Below, one piece after another: positions 30,359-39,274 of a stretch of 64,000 nucleotides of DNA. Numbering within the stretch: position 1 is the first letter of the stretch; the number at the start of each line of letters is the position of its first letter. Source of the DNA: Bryobacteraceae bacterium (GTDB taxonomy: Bacteria > Acidobacteriota > Terriglobia > Bryobacterales > Bryobacteraceae); contig JAWXCM010000206.1 in the NCBI GenBank assembly GCA_034408745.1, positions 6,326 to 70,325 of the forward strand, read 5' to 3'. The notes below the pieces were generated by a model that worked only from the letters and a program-made list of their open reading frames with translations, was not told the origin of the DNA and made no database searches. The position numbers and the translations under genes are program-made.

Positions 30359-31159
30359 TCACTTGACCAGTCGGAGGTACGCCGCCGCATACCTCTTGCC
30401 GAACTCGCGATACGCCGCGGCCGTAAAATGCGTCTTGTCGCCCTTGTCCTCCAGACCTTCCGAGGACACGTAAGCCGTCCGCGGCACCCGCTGCGGCAGG
30501 CCCTTGTGAGCGCGGTCGACGGTTTCTTTCCATTCACTCCAGGGTGATCCTGCAAAGCGTCCGATCTGCCCGGCGACGAACGGAACATAGGGAGACTGAA
30601 GCTCTTTGCGGAGCCGGGCAATCAGGTCGTCGAGCTTGCCCCGATACGAAGGAGCAAGCTGCCCGGTCGAATCGGATTCACCCTGATGCCAGAGAATCCC
30701 CTTCAGGACTCCGGCTTCCAGTGCCTTGTGCGCCTTGCGTATCGCATCGTCCCACGGATAGCTTCTGGTCGGCTCGTAAAACACACCCGGTTTCCACGTA
30801 TCGATGGGGGAGCCGCCGACCGCGGCCGGAATCAGACCGATAGTGATGTCCGGATTTGCCTCAGCCAACGAAACGGCGAAAGTCTTCCCGAGCCCTGTAC
30901 CCGCCACTGGTTTGTCGAAATGAAGTGGATCCACGGCTGGAACCCATTCGCCCGCTTTATTCAGCATCAGGACTCGCTTGTGCGGCGTGGCATCCACTGC
31001 CTCCACCAGACCTCGCCCCGCCATGTTGGATTGTCCAGCCAGCAGGAACAGGTGGAACTTGTCCCGGGGCGGCAACGGCACCGGGTCGGCTGCGCCGGCG
31101 CTCACTGCGGTCAGCGTCAGGAGAAAGAGAAATCGGGTCAGTGCTTTCACGGTCTCCAC
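30359..31159 (-). CDS. SASA/DUF303-family carbohydrate esterase (sialate O-acetylesterase-like), secreted
   Basis: Signal peptide followed by FHLFLLAGQSNMAGRG (the SGNH-like GQSNM motif). GTG start. Confidence 0.65.
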   Translation of the reverse strand: METVKALTRFLFLLTLTAVSAGAADPVPLPPRDKFHLFLLAGQSNMAGRGLVEAVDATPHKRVLMLNKAGEWVPAVDPLHFDKPVAGTGLGKTFAVSLAEANPDITIGLIPAAVGGSPIDTWKPGVFYEPTRSYPWDDAIRKAHKALEAGVLKGILWHQGESDSTGQLAPSYRGKLDDLIARLRKELQSPYVPFVAGQIGRFAGSPWSEWKETVDRAHKGLPQRVPRTAYVSSEGLEDKGDKTHFTAAAYREFGKRYAAAYLRLVK

Positions 31160-31181
31160 GTTGAGGCCTGGTCGCTCCCTG

Positions 31182-34100
31182 TCAGAAGTAATACTTCAAA
31201 GCGAACTGGATCTGGCGCAACTGGCTGGTGGAACGGATGCGGCCGAACGCCGCATTGGGAGCCGCACCTTGCGTGCCCCATGCGCCCGACGGCCGGCCCC
31301 ATGCCGGATGATTCGGAGCGTTGAACATCTCCGTGCGGAACTGCAGCGCGTGCCGCTCATTGAAGCGGAAGTCCTTCATTACGGAGGCGTCCACGTTCCA
31401 TGTGGAGGGAGCGCGAAGGCTGTTGCGGCCGCAGTTACCGAACTGACCCGCCGTGACGTTGGTAAACGCCTCGCGCACAAAATAGCGATCCGAAGTCGGA
31501 TTATCGGCAACCGGGTTCGCGCCCGCGACGCAGTTCAGACGGTTCGAGTGCGGGAAGCCCGCTCCCATTCCTGCCGCGTCCCACGAATCGGGGTTGATAG
31601 GACCGCCGCTCTGCACCGTGGTGATCGTGCTCAGCTGCCATCCGCCGACCACCTGATTCAGGACGCCGCCGTAATTCAGGAACCGCTGTCCCTTTCCGAA
31701 CGGCAGTGCCACAATGGCCGACGTCACCATACGGTGCGGAATATCGAAGCCAGCCGGACCGTAGTCACACGCGCGGCAGCGCTGGTTCATCAATGTGAAA
31801 TCGCCGCCCGTACCACGAATCGCGCTGTTTTCGTCGAGCGCCTTCGACCACGTATAACTGAACATCGTCGTGAGCGAACGGCCGAATCGCTGCGTCAGCT
31901 TGGTGCTGAATGCGTTGTAGTTTCCAATGCCGTCGCCGGCCAGAAACTGGATCCCGTGCCATTCCGGATACGGCTCACGCGCGTCGAACGGGGTGATGCC
32001 GGGCAGGGGCGCATTTGCGTTTCTGATATAAGCCACCTTGCGGCTCTGGTTGCCCATATATCCCAGTTCCAGAGTGGAGTTCTTCGCCAGCGTGCGCTGC
32101 ACATTAAACAAATACTGCATGGTGTAGGTAGTAGCCAGGTTCTCATCCACGGCCCACGTAAGTCCGGGAGCGAACCGAACAGGCAGTGACGATGCATCAA
32201 TGAAGTTCTGGAACGTGAGGCTCGGCACGCCCTGTTGATCGATCACGGGATTTGCGCGGCCGCCTGTGGCGCGGTTCAGGTCGAAGATGGAGTTCTTGCT
32301 CTCCTGAGAAAAGAACACGCCGAATCCGGATCGGAAGGACCAGTTCGGCGACGGGCTGTAAGCGATGCCGATACGCGGTGCGAAATTGTTGTAATCCGTC
32401 TTGACCATGCGGTCGCCCAGGCGTCCGTCCCTGGCCACCTGGACGGGACCAGTAAAGCGGAACGCCAGATCATCGTAAAAACCGCCAGTTCCGGTCCGAA
32501 CCAGCACAGGGTGCTTCGCCGGATCGGGCTCATTGGCATAATTCGGCAGCGGCTGCCGCAACTGGAAATTGGGCTGCAGTCCCAGCTTGTCCTTCAACGG
32601 CTGGTACAGTTCCCAGCGAAGTCCAAGGTTCACCGTCAGCCGCGGCGTGATCTTCCACGTGTCGTCGAAATAGAAGCCCAGCTCATGATTGCGAAACGCG
32701 CTTCTGGCAAGCGCCACCGCGCTTTCAATGGTGCTGATATAGCCCAGCAGGAAGTCGGCGCCGTTGTAGCCGCCGGTCAGCGTGTTCGCGTTTCCGGTGA
32801 AACTGCCTGTGGCGGTGAACCGGCCGCGGGCAAATTCGTTGCCCACCTGATTAAACTGATTATTCCGCCATTCCCCGCCGAAACGGAACGAGTGTTTTCC
32901 GGTAATCCAGGAGAAATTGTCGACTACCTGGTAGTATTTGTTATCGATCGTGAACGGGCCGTTCGCGTCATTGCCAAAGCGGCTGAGCGTGCTGCCCGTG
33001 AGGTTCATGTCGGGAATGCCCCATGAGTTCTCGTCCGAGACCTTCACTGAAGTCCCGATCTTCTCATTCGGGTTATCCACGCCGGCCAGTTCCTGCGTGA
33101 TGTTGTTGAACAGGTAGTTGTAGCCGAAGCGGAATTCATTCACTTTCGACGACGACAGAACGCGCGTGTTGGCCAGCACCCACTGGCTCGCCTTGGTGTA
33201 GAGAACCGTGCCGTTCAGTTTCACGCCGGGCGTGGTGGTCAGCTCATCGGTCCAGCTGTAGCGGCCGAACCACTGTGACGACGTGCTCTCATTCCAGTCG
33301 ATGCGGCTGGTGAACTGTTCTTTGTCCACCGGAATCTTCTGCACCCACTGATAATTACGAATCGGCAGACCCGTCGTCTGCGGAATATTGGGCAGCGGGG
33401 CGAAATTCTCCAGCGCATAGACGGATCCGGGGTTGAAGCGGCTGCGCGGAATCTGATTGTTCGGAAAGGCGGACGACGTGATGGTGGTGCCGGTCCGGAC
33501 GCGAGTCAGTGGATCCTGCAGCGGCGACGCGAAGGCGGAAAAATCACCAGCTCGCATCGCCGGAGTCATCGTGGTGAAGAACTGAGGGGTGGTGCGGCGG
33601 GACTTGAACCCCTCGTAATTGGCCATGAAGAACAGCCGGTTCTTGCCGTCAAATACCTTCGGAATCTGGATCGGGCCAGCCAGCGTGAACCCGTACTGGT
33701 TCTGACGATACGGCTGCTTGCTGGGCGCAACCTGAGTCGGGCTCTCCGGGTCCTTAAAGAAGTACGGCCGCGCGTCGAGCCTCTCGTTGCGCAAAAACTC
33801 GAACACGGAACCGTGGTACTGGTTCGTGCCGCCTTTCGTCGAGACGTTGATCTGTCCGGTAGCGCGCCCGAACTCGGCCGGATACACTCCCGTCTGTACC
33901 TTGAATTCCTGCAGCGCTTCCACCGAAGGCAGCACGATATACAGGTTGAAATTGATGTCCGTGTTGGTGATTCCGTCCAGCGTGTAGTTGCTCCACGTGG
34001 CGCGAGATCCGGCAATCGACATCGTGAGGTCGCCGCGGCTGCCGCCCTGCCGGCCGCCAATCTGGCCCGCGGCTGCGAAGCCAAACGTGACGTTCGGACT

Positions 34101-34598
34101 GAGCGCCACCAGGCTTAGAAAATTTCTGCCATTCAGCGGCAGATCTGTAATCCGCTTCTGTTCGATCACGGCGCCGACCGTCGCGTTCTCCGTGGTGAGC
34201 AAAGCGGCCGAGGCGCTGACCTCCACCGTCTCGCTGACCTGGCCGACTTCGAGTCCAAAGTCGATGCGGGCCGTCTGCTGCACCTGAAGCTCGATCCCCG
34301 TTCGAGTGGCGATCTTGAATCCGGGCTTCTCAGCCCTCACATCATAAATTCCTGGGACGAGAGCCGGGATGGTGTACAGCCCTTCTTCATTAGTAGTAGC
34401 GACGCGGATTCCGTTAGTTGCGGTGTTGCGGACAGTTACTCCGGCACCCGCCACAGCGGCTCCACTGGAGTCTTTGACCTCGCCGGTGACGGTACCAAAG
34501 GTCTGGCCGGACAGTGAAGCACTCGCGAACAGAGCGATGAGTGCGATGGTCGAGAAATGGAAGCGGAGACAGGTGCGCATGGACCCCCCTAAAAGCAT
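31182..34598 (-). CDS. TonB-dependent receptor with an N-terminal carboxypeptidase-regulatory-like domain
   Basis: 1138 aa. Signal peptide, then GTVTGEVKDSSGAAVAGAGVTVRNTATN...EGLYTIPALVPGIYDV, a plug/barrel body and a terminal ...KYYF. The start may be the ATG at 34580. Confidence 0.85.
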   Translation of the reverse strand: MLLGGSMRTCLRFHFSTIALIALFASASLSGQTFGTVTGEVKDSSGAAVAGAGVTVRNTATNGIRVATTNEEGLYTIPALVPGIYDVRAEKPGFKIATRTGIELQVQQTARIDFGLEVGQVSETVEVSASAALLTTENATVGAVIEQKRITDLPLNGRNFLSLVALSPNVTFGFAAAGQIGGRQGGSRGDLTMSIAGSRATWSNYTLDGITNTDINFNLYIVLPSVEALQEFKVQTGVYPAEFGRATGQINVSTKGGTNQYHGSVFEFLRNERLDARPYFFKDPESPTQVAPSKQPYRQNQYGFTLAGPIQIPKVFDGKNRLFFMANYEGFKSRRTTPQFFTTMTPAMRAGDFSAFASPLQDPLTRVRTGTTITSSAFPNNQIPRSRFNPGSVYALENFAPLPNIPQTTGLPIRNYQWVQKIPVDKEQFTSRIDWNESTSSQWFGRYSWTDELTTTPGVKLNGTVLYTKASQWVLANTRVLSSSKVNEFRFGYNYLFNNITQELAGVDNPNEKIGTSVKVSDENSWGIPDMNLTGSTLSRFGNDANGPFTIDNKYYQVVDNFSWITGKHSFRFGGEWRNNQFNQVGNEFARGRFTATGSFTGNANTLTGGYNGADFLLGYISTIESAVALARSAFRNHELGFYFDDTWKITPRLTVNLGLRWELYQPLKDKLGLQPNFQLRQPLPNYANEPDPAKHPVLVRTGTGGFYDDLAFRFTGPVQVARDGRLGDRMVKTDYNNFAPRIGIAYSPSPNWSFRSGFGVFFSQESKNSIFDLNRATGGRANPVIDQQGVPSLTFQNFIDASSLPVRFAPGLTWAVDENLATTYTMQYLFNVQRTLAKNSTLELGYMGNQSRKVAYIRNANAPLPGITPFDAREPYPEWHGIQFLAGDGIGNYNAFSTKLTQRFGRSLTTMFSYTWSKALDENSAIRGTGGDFTLMNQRCRACDYGPAGFDIPHRMVTSAIVALPFGKGQRFLNYGGVLNQVVGGWQLSTITTVQSGGPINPDSWDAAGMGAGFPHSNRLNCVAGANPVADNPTSDRYFVREAFTNVTAGQFGNCGRNSLRAPSTWNVDASVMKDFRFNERHALQFRTEMFNAPNHPAWGRPSGAWGTQGAAPNAAFGRIRSTSQLRQIQFALKYYF

Positions 34599-34702
34599 TA
34601 GGCTGTCAATACTATCAAAAAAAAGAACCGTTATTGCACGCCCTTCAAACCGACTTCAGCGGCTCCCGCACGGACCGCGCGGGTGTGCATAATTGGGTGA
34701 GT

Positions 34703-36883
34703 ATGATTCCACGAAGAACGACGGTCGCGGCGATCGGTCTCGCGCTGTGCGCACTACAGGCAGCCGGGCAGGACCGGTTCGTCCCGGCGCCATATAAGGG
34801 TCAGTCGATCGGCGGCGTGCTCGGCGACCGCATGAAGATCAACCTCGAAGGGCGGCTGCTACGCGTTGACGAGCAGGGCATCACCGAGGGATTCCACCAG
34901 CGACCCGGCAAACATGCCTGGATCGGTGAACACGCCGGTAAGTTCCTGCATGCGGCCGCAAATACCTGGGAGTTCAGCGCCGACCCGCGCCTGAAAATCC
35001 TCATGGACCGTGTGGCCCGGTCAGTCATCGCCGGCCAGTTGCCCGACGGCTACCTCGGCACTTACACCGACGACAAGCGCTGGACCAGTTGGGACGTCTG
35101 GGCGCACAAATACAACCTCATCGGCCTGCTCAGCTACTACGAAGCCACAGGCTACGAACCCGCCCTGACCGCCTCACGCAGGATGGGCGACCTGCTCATC
35201 CGCACCTTCGGCGACGGCGATGGCACTCAGAAGCGCGACCTCATCGCCTCCAGCACCCACGTCGGCATGGCCGCGACGAGCGTGCTGGAGCCCATCTGCA
35301 CGCTGTACCGGCTCACCAGGGATCAACGCTATCTCGCGTTCGCCCAGTCCATCGTCAAATCCTGGGATCAGCCCGACGGCCCGAAGATCGTGGCAAGTCT
35401 GCTGGCAGGCAACAGTGTGTTTCGTACTGCCAACGCCAAGGCCTACGAGATGATGTCCTGCCTCGTCGGACTGGTGGAGCTCTACCGGGCCACCGGCGAC
35501 CCTAAATATCTGAACGTCGCCAAAGCCGCATGGGAAGACATCGCGTCGAAGCGCCTCTACATCACCGGCGCCACCAGTGCCCACGAGCATTTCCGCGATG
35601 ACTTCGACCTTCCTGCAACCAACTCGGCAGACGTCGGCGAGGGCTGCGCCACGGTCACCTGGCTCCAGCTCTCCTGGCAGTTGCTGCGCGTCACGGGCGA
35701 GCCGAAGTACGCGTCGGAACTCGAAAAGACCGTCTTCAATCAACTGTTGGCCGCGCAGAACCCCGCCAACGGCGAGATCTGCTACTTCACCCCGATGATC
35801 GGCAGGAAGAACCCGACCCCCGGAATCAACTGTTGCGTGTCCAGCGAGCCCCGCGGCATTTCCATGATTCCTCAGTTGACCTGGGGCTCGCTCCGCGGCG
35901 GCGTTGCCGTGCTCCTGTACGCCCCTGGCAAAGCCACGGTTGACGGGATCGGCATCGAGTCAGCCACCGACTTCCCTTCCACAGGCAAAATCGCCCTCAC
36001 ACTCGGTCCGGCCGCCGAGAAGCGATTCCCGTTGTTCCTGCGCGTTCCCACCTGGACCGCTCACTTCACAGCAAAGGCGGGCGGCAAGACGTACAAGGGC
36101 GAGCCCGGTGAATACCTGGAGATCGACCGCACGTGGAAGCCCGGAGACCGCGTCGAGATCGACATGGACATCATCACCCGGGTCCTCGACGGCGGCCCGT
36201 CCTACCCCGGCCACGTCGCCGTGCAGCGCGGTCCGCAGGTGCTGGCGCTGGAGCTCACGAAGAACCTCGCGTTGCCGTCGATCCACGCCGCCGGCCTTCG
36301 AAGCCTCTCCCCTCGCCTCGGTCAGCCGCCCTATGTGGTGGATGGCGTCGCCGTGGTGGATGGCCGCAAGACGGCGCAGAAACTGACCCTGGTGCCTTTC
36401 ATGGACGCGGTCACTTACAGGATCTGGCTGCCAAAGGAAGCCACGCTGCCAGCCCGTGACGCAGCCGTATCGCTGTTCGGCACCGAATCGTCCTCCCGGC
36501 TGGCGGAGAAGGAGGGCTCGATCTGCGACGGCCGGCCTGAAACCTACCGCAGCACGAATCGCGGCAAGCCCGCCGCCGAGGACTGGTTCGCAGTTCGATT
36601 CGACAGACCTGAGACGATTCGCCGCGTCGTGTTCCGCCACGGCGACATGTCGGCCGAAGGCGGCTGGTTCGCTGACAAACCACGCATCGAAATCCAGCGA
36701 GCTGGCTCTCAGAAATGGGAATCGGTCGGCACGCTGGCCAACTATCCCGCGGAACGAAGCCAGTTCTCAGACCGTCAGGCCTTCACCCTGCAGTTGCCGG
36801 CACCTGTGGAAGCGACAGCCATCCGAGCCGCTGGCAGGCCCGCCGGATACGTCACTTGCGCCGAACTCGAAGCCTGGCGCTGA
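34703..36883 (+). CDS. GH127-like (DUF1680, beta-L-arabinofuranosidase family) glycoside hydrolase, secreted
   Basis: The ATG at 34703 gives the signal peptide MIPRRTTVAAIGLALCALQAAGQ. The region HAWIGEHAGKFLHAAANTWEF..., and the overall size, fit GH127 as I remember it. The C-terminal ~130 aa form an extra beta-sandwich-like domain. Confidence 0.55.
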   Translation: MIPRRTTVAAIGLALCALQAAGQDRFVPAPYKGQSIGGVLGDRMKINLEGRLLRVDEQGITEGFHQRPGKHAWIGEHAGKFLHAAANTWEFSADPRLKILMDRVARSVIAGQLPDGYLGTYTDDKRWTSWDVWAHKYNLIGLLSYYEATGYEPALTASRRMGDLLIRTFGDGDGTQKRDLIASSTHVGMAATSVLEPICTLYRLTRDQRYLAFAQSIVKSWDQPDGPKIVASLLAGNSVFRTANAKAYEMMSCLVGLVELYRATGDPKYLNVAKAAWEDIASKRLYITGATSAHEHFRDDFDLPATNSADVGEGCATVTWLQLSWQLLRVTGEPKYASELEKTVFNQLLAAQNPANGEICYFTPMIGRKNPTPGINCCVSSEPRGISMIPQLTWGSLRGGVAVLLYAPGKATVDGIGIESATDFPSTGKIALTLGPAAEKRFPLFLRVPTWTAHFTAKAGGKTYKGEPGEYLEIDRTWKPGDRVEIDMDIITRVLDGGPSYPGHVAVQRGPQVLALELTKNLALPSIHAAGLRSLSPRLGQPPYVVDGVAVVDGRKTAQKLTLVPFMDAVTYRIWLPKEATLPARDAAVSLFGTESSSRLAEKEGSICDGRPETYRSTNRGKPAAEDWFAVRFDRPETIRRVVFRHGDMSAEGGWFADKPRIEIQRAGSQKWESVGTLANYPAERSQFSDRQAFTLQLPAPVEATAIRAAGRPAGYVTCAELEAWR

Positions 36884-36912
36884 CGCTCGCTTTTGGTCGG
36901 CACACAATTGAG

Positions 36913-36956
36913 AAGGCCGCATCGGAGGTCCTGGGGGGACCCCGCGATGCGGCCTT
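36913..36956 (+). terminator. Long hairpin downstream of the GH127-like gene (putative terminator)
   Basis: AAGGCCGCATCG (36913-36924) pairs perfectly with CGATGCGGCCTT (36945-36956), and further pairing is possible inside the loop. No clear T-tract follows. Confidence 0.5.
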
Positions 36957-37505
36957 GTGCCCTTCCTTAGGGCTCAGATTCCGGCCTCAGCTCGTTCAAT
37001 GTGGCCACAAGACCACCATCACCGGGCAGACCCCGCGTCCAACGGTTCTGGTTCTGCCTGATGTGTTTTGAACGGATACGGATGCCTGTGGAATCTGCGG
37101 CGGGCTCAAAATCGTCCTATTCGCGTCTCACAAATAGGTCTATAAGTTCCTTAAATCCTCACAAAAAAAACAAAATGCCCTCTGGTCCAGTCGACCGGTC
37201 GACGAATGAGCGGCACAAACCTGAATTACCGGCTCCCGCAAGCACACTTGACTTCAGCCCGCTCACTTCTCCGACCACTCACTGCACCAGAGGGGCAGGT
37301 TAAAAGTGGTACTCCATCAATTCAGTTTCTATCTTAGCAATCGGCCCACCATTGGCAATAGCTAAATAAGCACTAGAAAACAAAAGGTTATGCTGGATCA
37401 CAGTGTGTGTCCGCGGGGCAGAATGTCTCAACACGGTGTGTCACAACGACACACACGGACACAAAACCGAGTCGTGGCAACAGACGTGTGACACACTTGG
37501 ACCGG

Positions 37506-38846
37506 ATGCATCCGCGCTTCTTTGCCCTCACAGCGGCTCTGCTGGTTACGACGCTGACGGCCCCCGGACAGTCGGCGGACAGCGATTTTAAGCTTTATAC
37601 GGACCATCCGCGCCTGTTGCTGAACCAGAAGCGACTCCGCCTGCTGCGTCGCGAGCGCGAACGCCAAAGCATGCGGTGGATGCAGTTCGACACCCTTATG
37701 AAGGGCAAAGCGGCGATGCCTGAGCAGGCTTTCGCGTCGGCTCTCTATTCCCAGGTCACCGAGGATGCCGTCCATTGCCGCACCGCTGTCGACGCCGCGG
37801 TCCGGCCCGCCACCGATCTGCGCCAGGTCGCTCTCACATATGACTGGTGCGAGGCCTCGCTCACGGACACGCAACGCACCCAGCTTCGAACACGTCTCGA
37901 GCGCGCGCTTCGGGATCCCGCCGCCAGCAGTTTCGCCGCTGGCCGCGACCGCGCTTTTGCCGCAATGGTGCTCTCCGACGCCGCGGCGCTGAACCAGCTC
38001 ATCAACGTCTGGTGGCGCAAAAATCTCGCGCCGGCGCTGGTCTCAGGGAACCGTCGCATCGATCATGCCGACATCTACCCGTTCCTCGAGTTGGCGCACG
38101 CCATTCGCGACAATCTGCAAATCGATTTACGGGACGACATCCTGCCCGTGTTCCGCGACCTCGCGTTGCGGCGGCTGCTCGGCTACTACCCAGCCTCCTG
38201 GCCCGCCCCGGAGAACGACTACCGCATCCCGTACTTCACCGGCAAGGGCGAGCCCGACCTCCGGCTGGCAGCGCTGACCCGGGCGGCCGAATTCGCCCTC
38301 GTCGCCTACGAAAGCAACGCCCAGGAGATGCAGTTTCTCCAGGGCTGGCTGTCGCTCGACCGGTTCGTTTTGAAAAGTTCCTTCGGCGTGGTGTACGAAT
38401 TCCTCTGGGCGAACCCCTATCAGCCCGGTCTGCCGTTCGAGAAACTGCCGCTGTCGCTGCATGAGCCCCGCACCGGGACCCTGCTGATTCGATCCAGCTG
38501 GGACGAGGACGCCACGTGGCTCGGCTTTATCGACGGGTCCGCGCAGTTGTTTCGCGACGGACAGATTCGCCCCGCCCCGCTGCGAGATCCGCTGGTAATC
38601 GGCACCGCCATGCTGCTGAGCGGCGCGCCCACCGCACGCGAGTTTCGAGTCGCCGGATCCGCACCCGATATCTGGTACCTGATCGGACTGAAGCCGTCGG
38701 CCAACTTCGACGTAGAGGTCGACGACGAGGACATGACCGACCTCACCAGCGACCGCGGCGGCATCGCAAAGATCCAGTTCACCCGTAAGAACGGTCAGGC
38801 TGTTTACCTGCACCCGCCGCGGAAAAGCGCCCCATCCGCGCCTTAA
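37506..38846 (+). CDS. Secreted hypothetical protein
   Basis: The ATG at 37506 gives the signal peptide MHPRFFALTAALLVTTLTAPGQS. The ORF continues through to 38846. I recognise no family with confidence. A weak impression of a heparinase II/III-like N-terminus is not supportable. Confidence 0.55.
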   Translation: MHPRFFALTAALLVTTLTAPGQSADSDFKLYTDHPRLLLNQKRLRLLRRERERQSMRWMQFDTLMKGKAAMPEQAFASALYSQVTEDAVHCRTAVDAAVRPATDLRQVALTYDWCEASLTDTQRTQLRTRLERALRDPAASSFAAGRDRAFAAMVLSDAAALNQLINVWWRKNLAPALVSGNRRIDHADIYPFLELAHAIRDNLQIDLRDDILPVFRDLALRRLLGYYPASWPAPENDYRIPYFTGKGEPDLRLAALTRAAEFALVAYESNAQEMQFLQGWLSLDRFVLKSSFGVVYEFLWANPYQPGLPFEKLPLSLHEPRTGTLLIRSSWDEDATWLGFIDGSAQLFRDGQIRPAPLRDPLVIGTAMLLSGAPTAREFRVAGSAPDIWYLIGLKPSANFDVEVDDEDMTDLTSDRGGIAKIQFTRKNGQAVYLHPPRKSAPSAP

Positions 38847-38848
38847 TC

Positions 38849-39169
38849 TTATTCGGTGATGACAGCGGTGCCGCTGACGCTGACCATCAGCATGCCGTTA
38901 CTCTGCCCCAGCACCTCATAGTCGAGGTCGACGCCAACCACCGCATTGGCGCCCACAGACTGCGCATTCGCAGCCAGTTCAGCCATCGCCACCTCCCGCG
39001 CATTTCGCAGTTCCCGTTCGTAGGCAGCCGAGCGCCCGCCGACGATATCGCGAATCCCGGCGAACAGATCGGCGAAAATGTTCGCGCCCATAATCGCCTC
39101 ACCAGTCACAATCCCACGGTACTCACGGATGCTCTTGCCTTCGATGCTCGGTGTCGTAGTAATGATCAT
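38849..39169 (-). CDS. YbjQ/UPF0145-family protein
   Basis: The ATG at 39169 gives [51 protein letters not shown]..., a characteristic YbjQ sequence of 106 aa. Confidence 0.8.
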   Translation of the reverse strand: MIITTTPSIEGKSIREYRGIVTGEAIMGANIFADLFAGIRDIVGGRSAAYERELRNAREVAMAELAANAQSVGANAVVGVDLDYEVLGQSNGMLMVSVSGTAVITE

Positions 39170-39274
39170 GCTCTGTATACGCAGGCAGCCACCGCGGTGT
39201 TCCGTGCCAACGCCTCCGGCCGACGTGCTGCAATGAAGACACACAGACCCGCTTCAGGAAGGTAGCTCTCAGAT

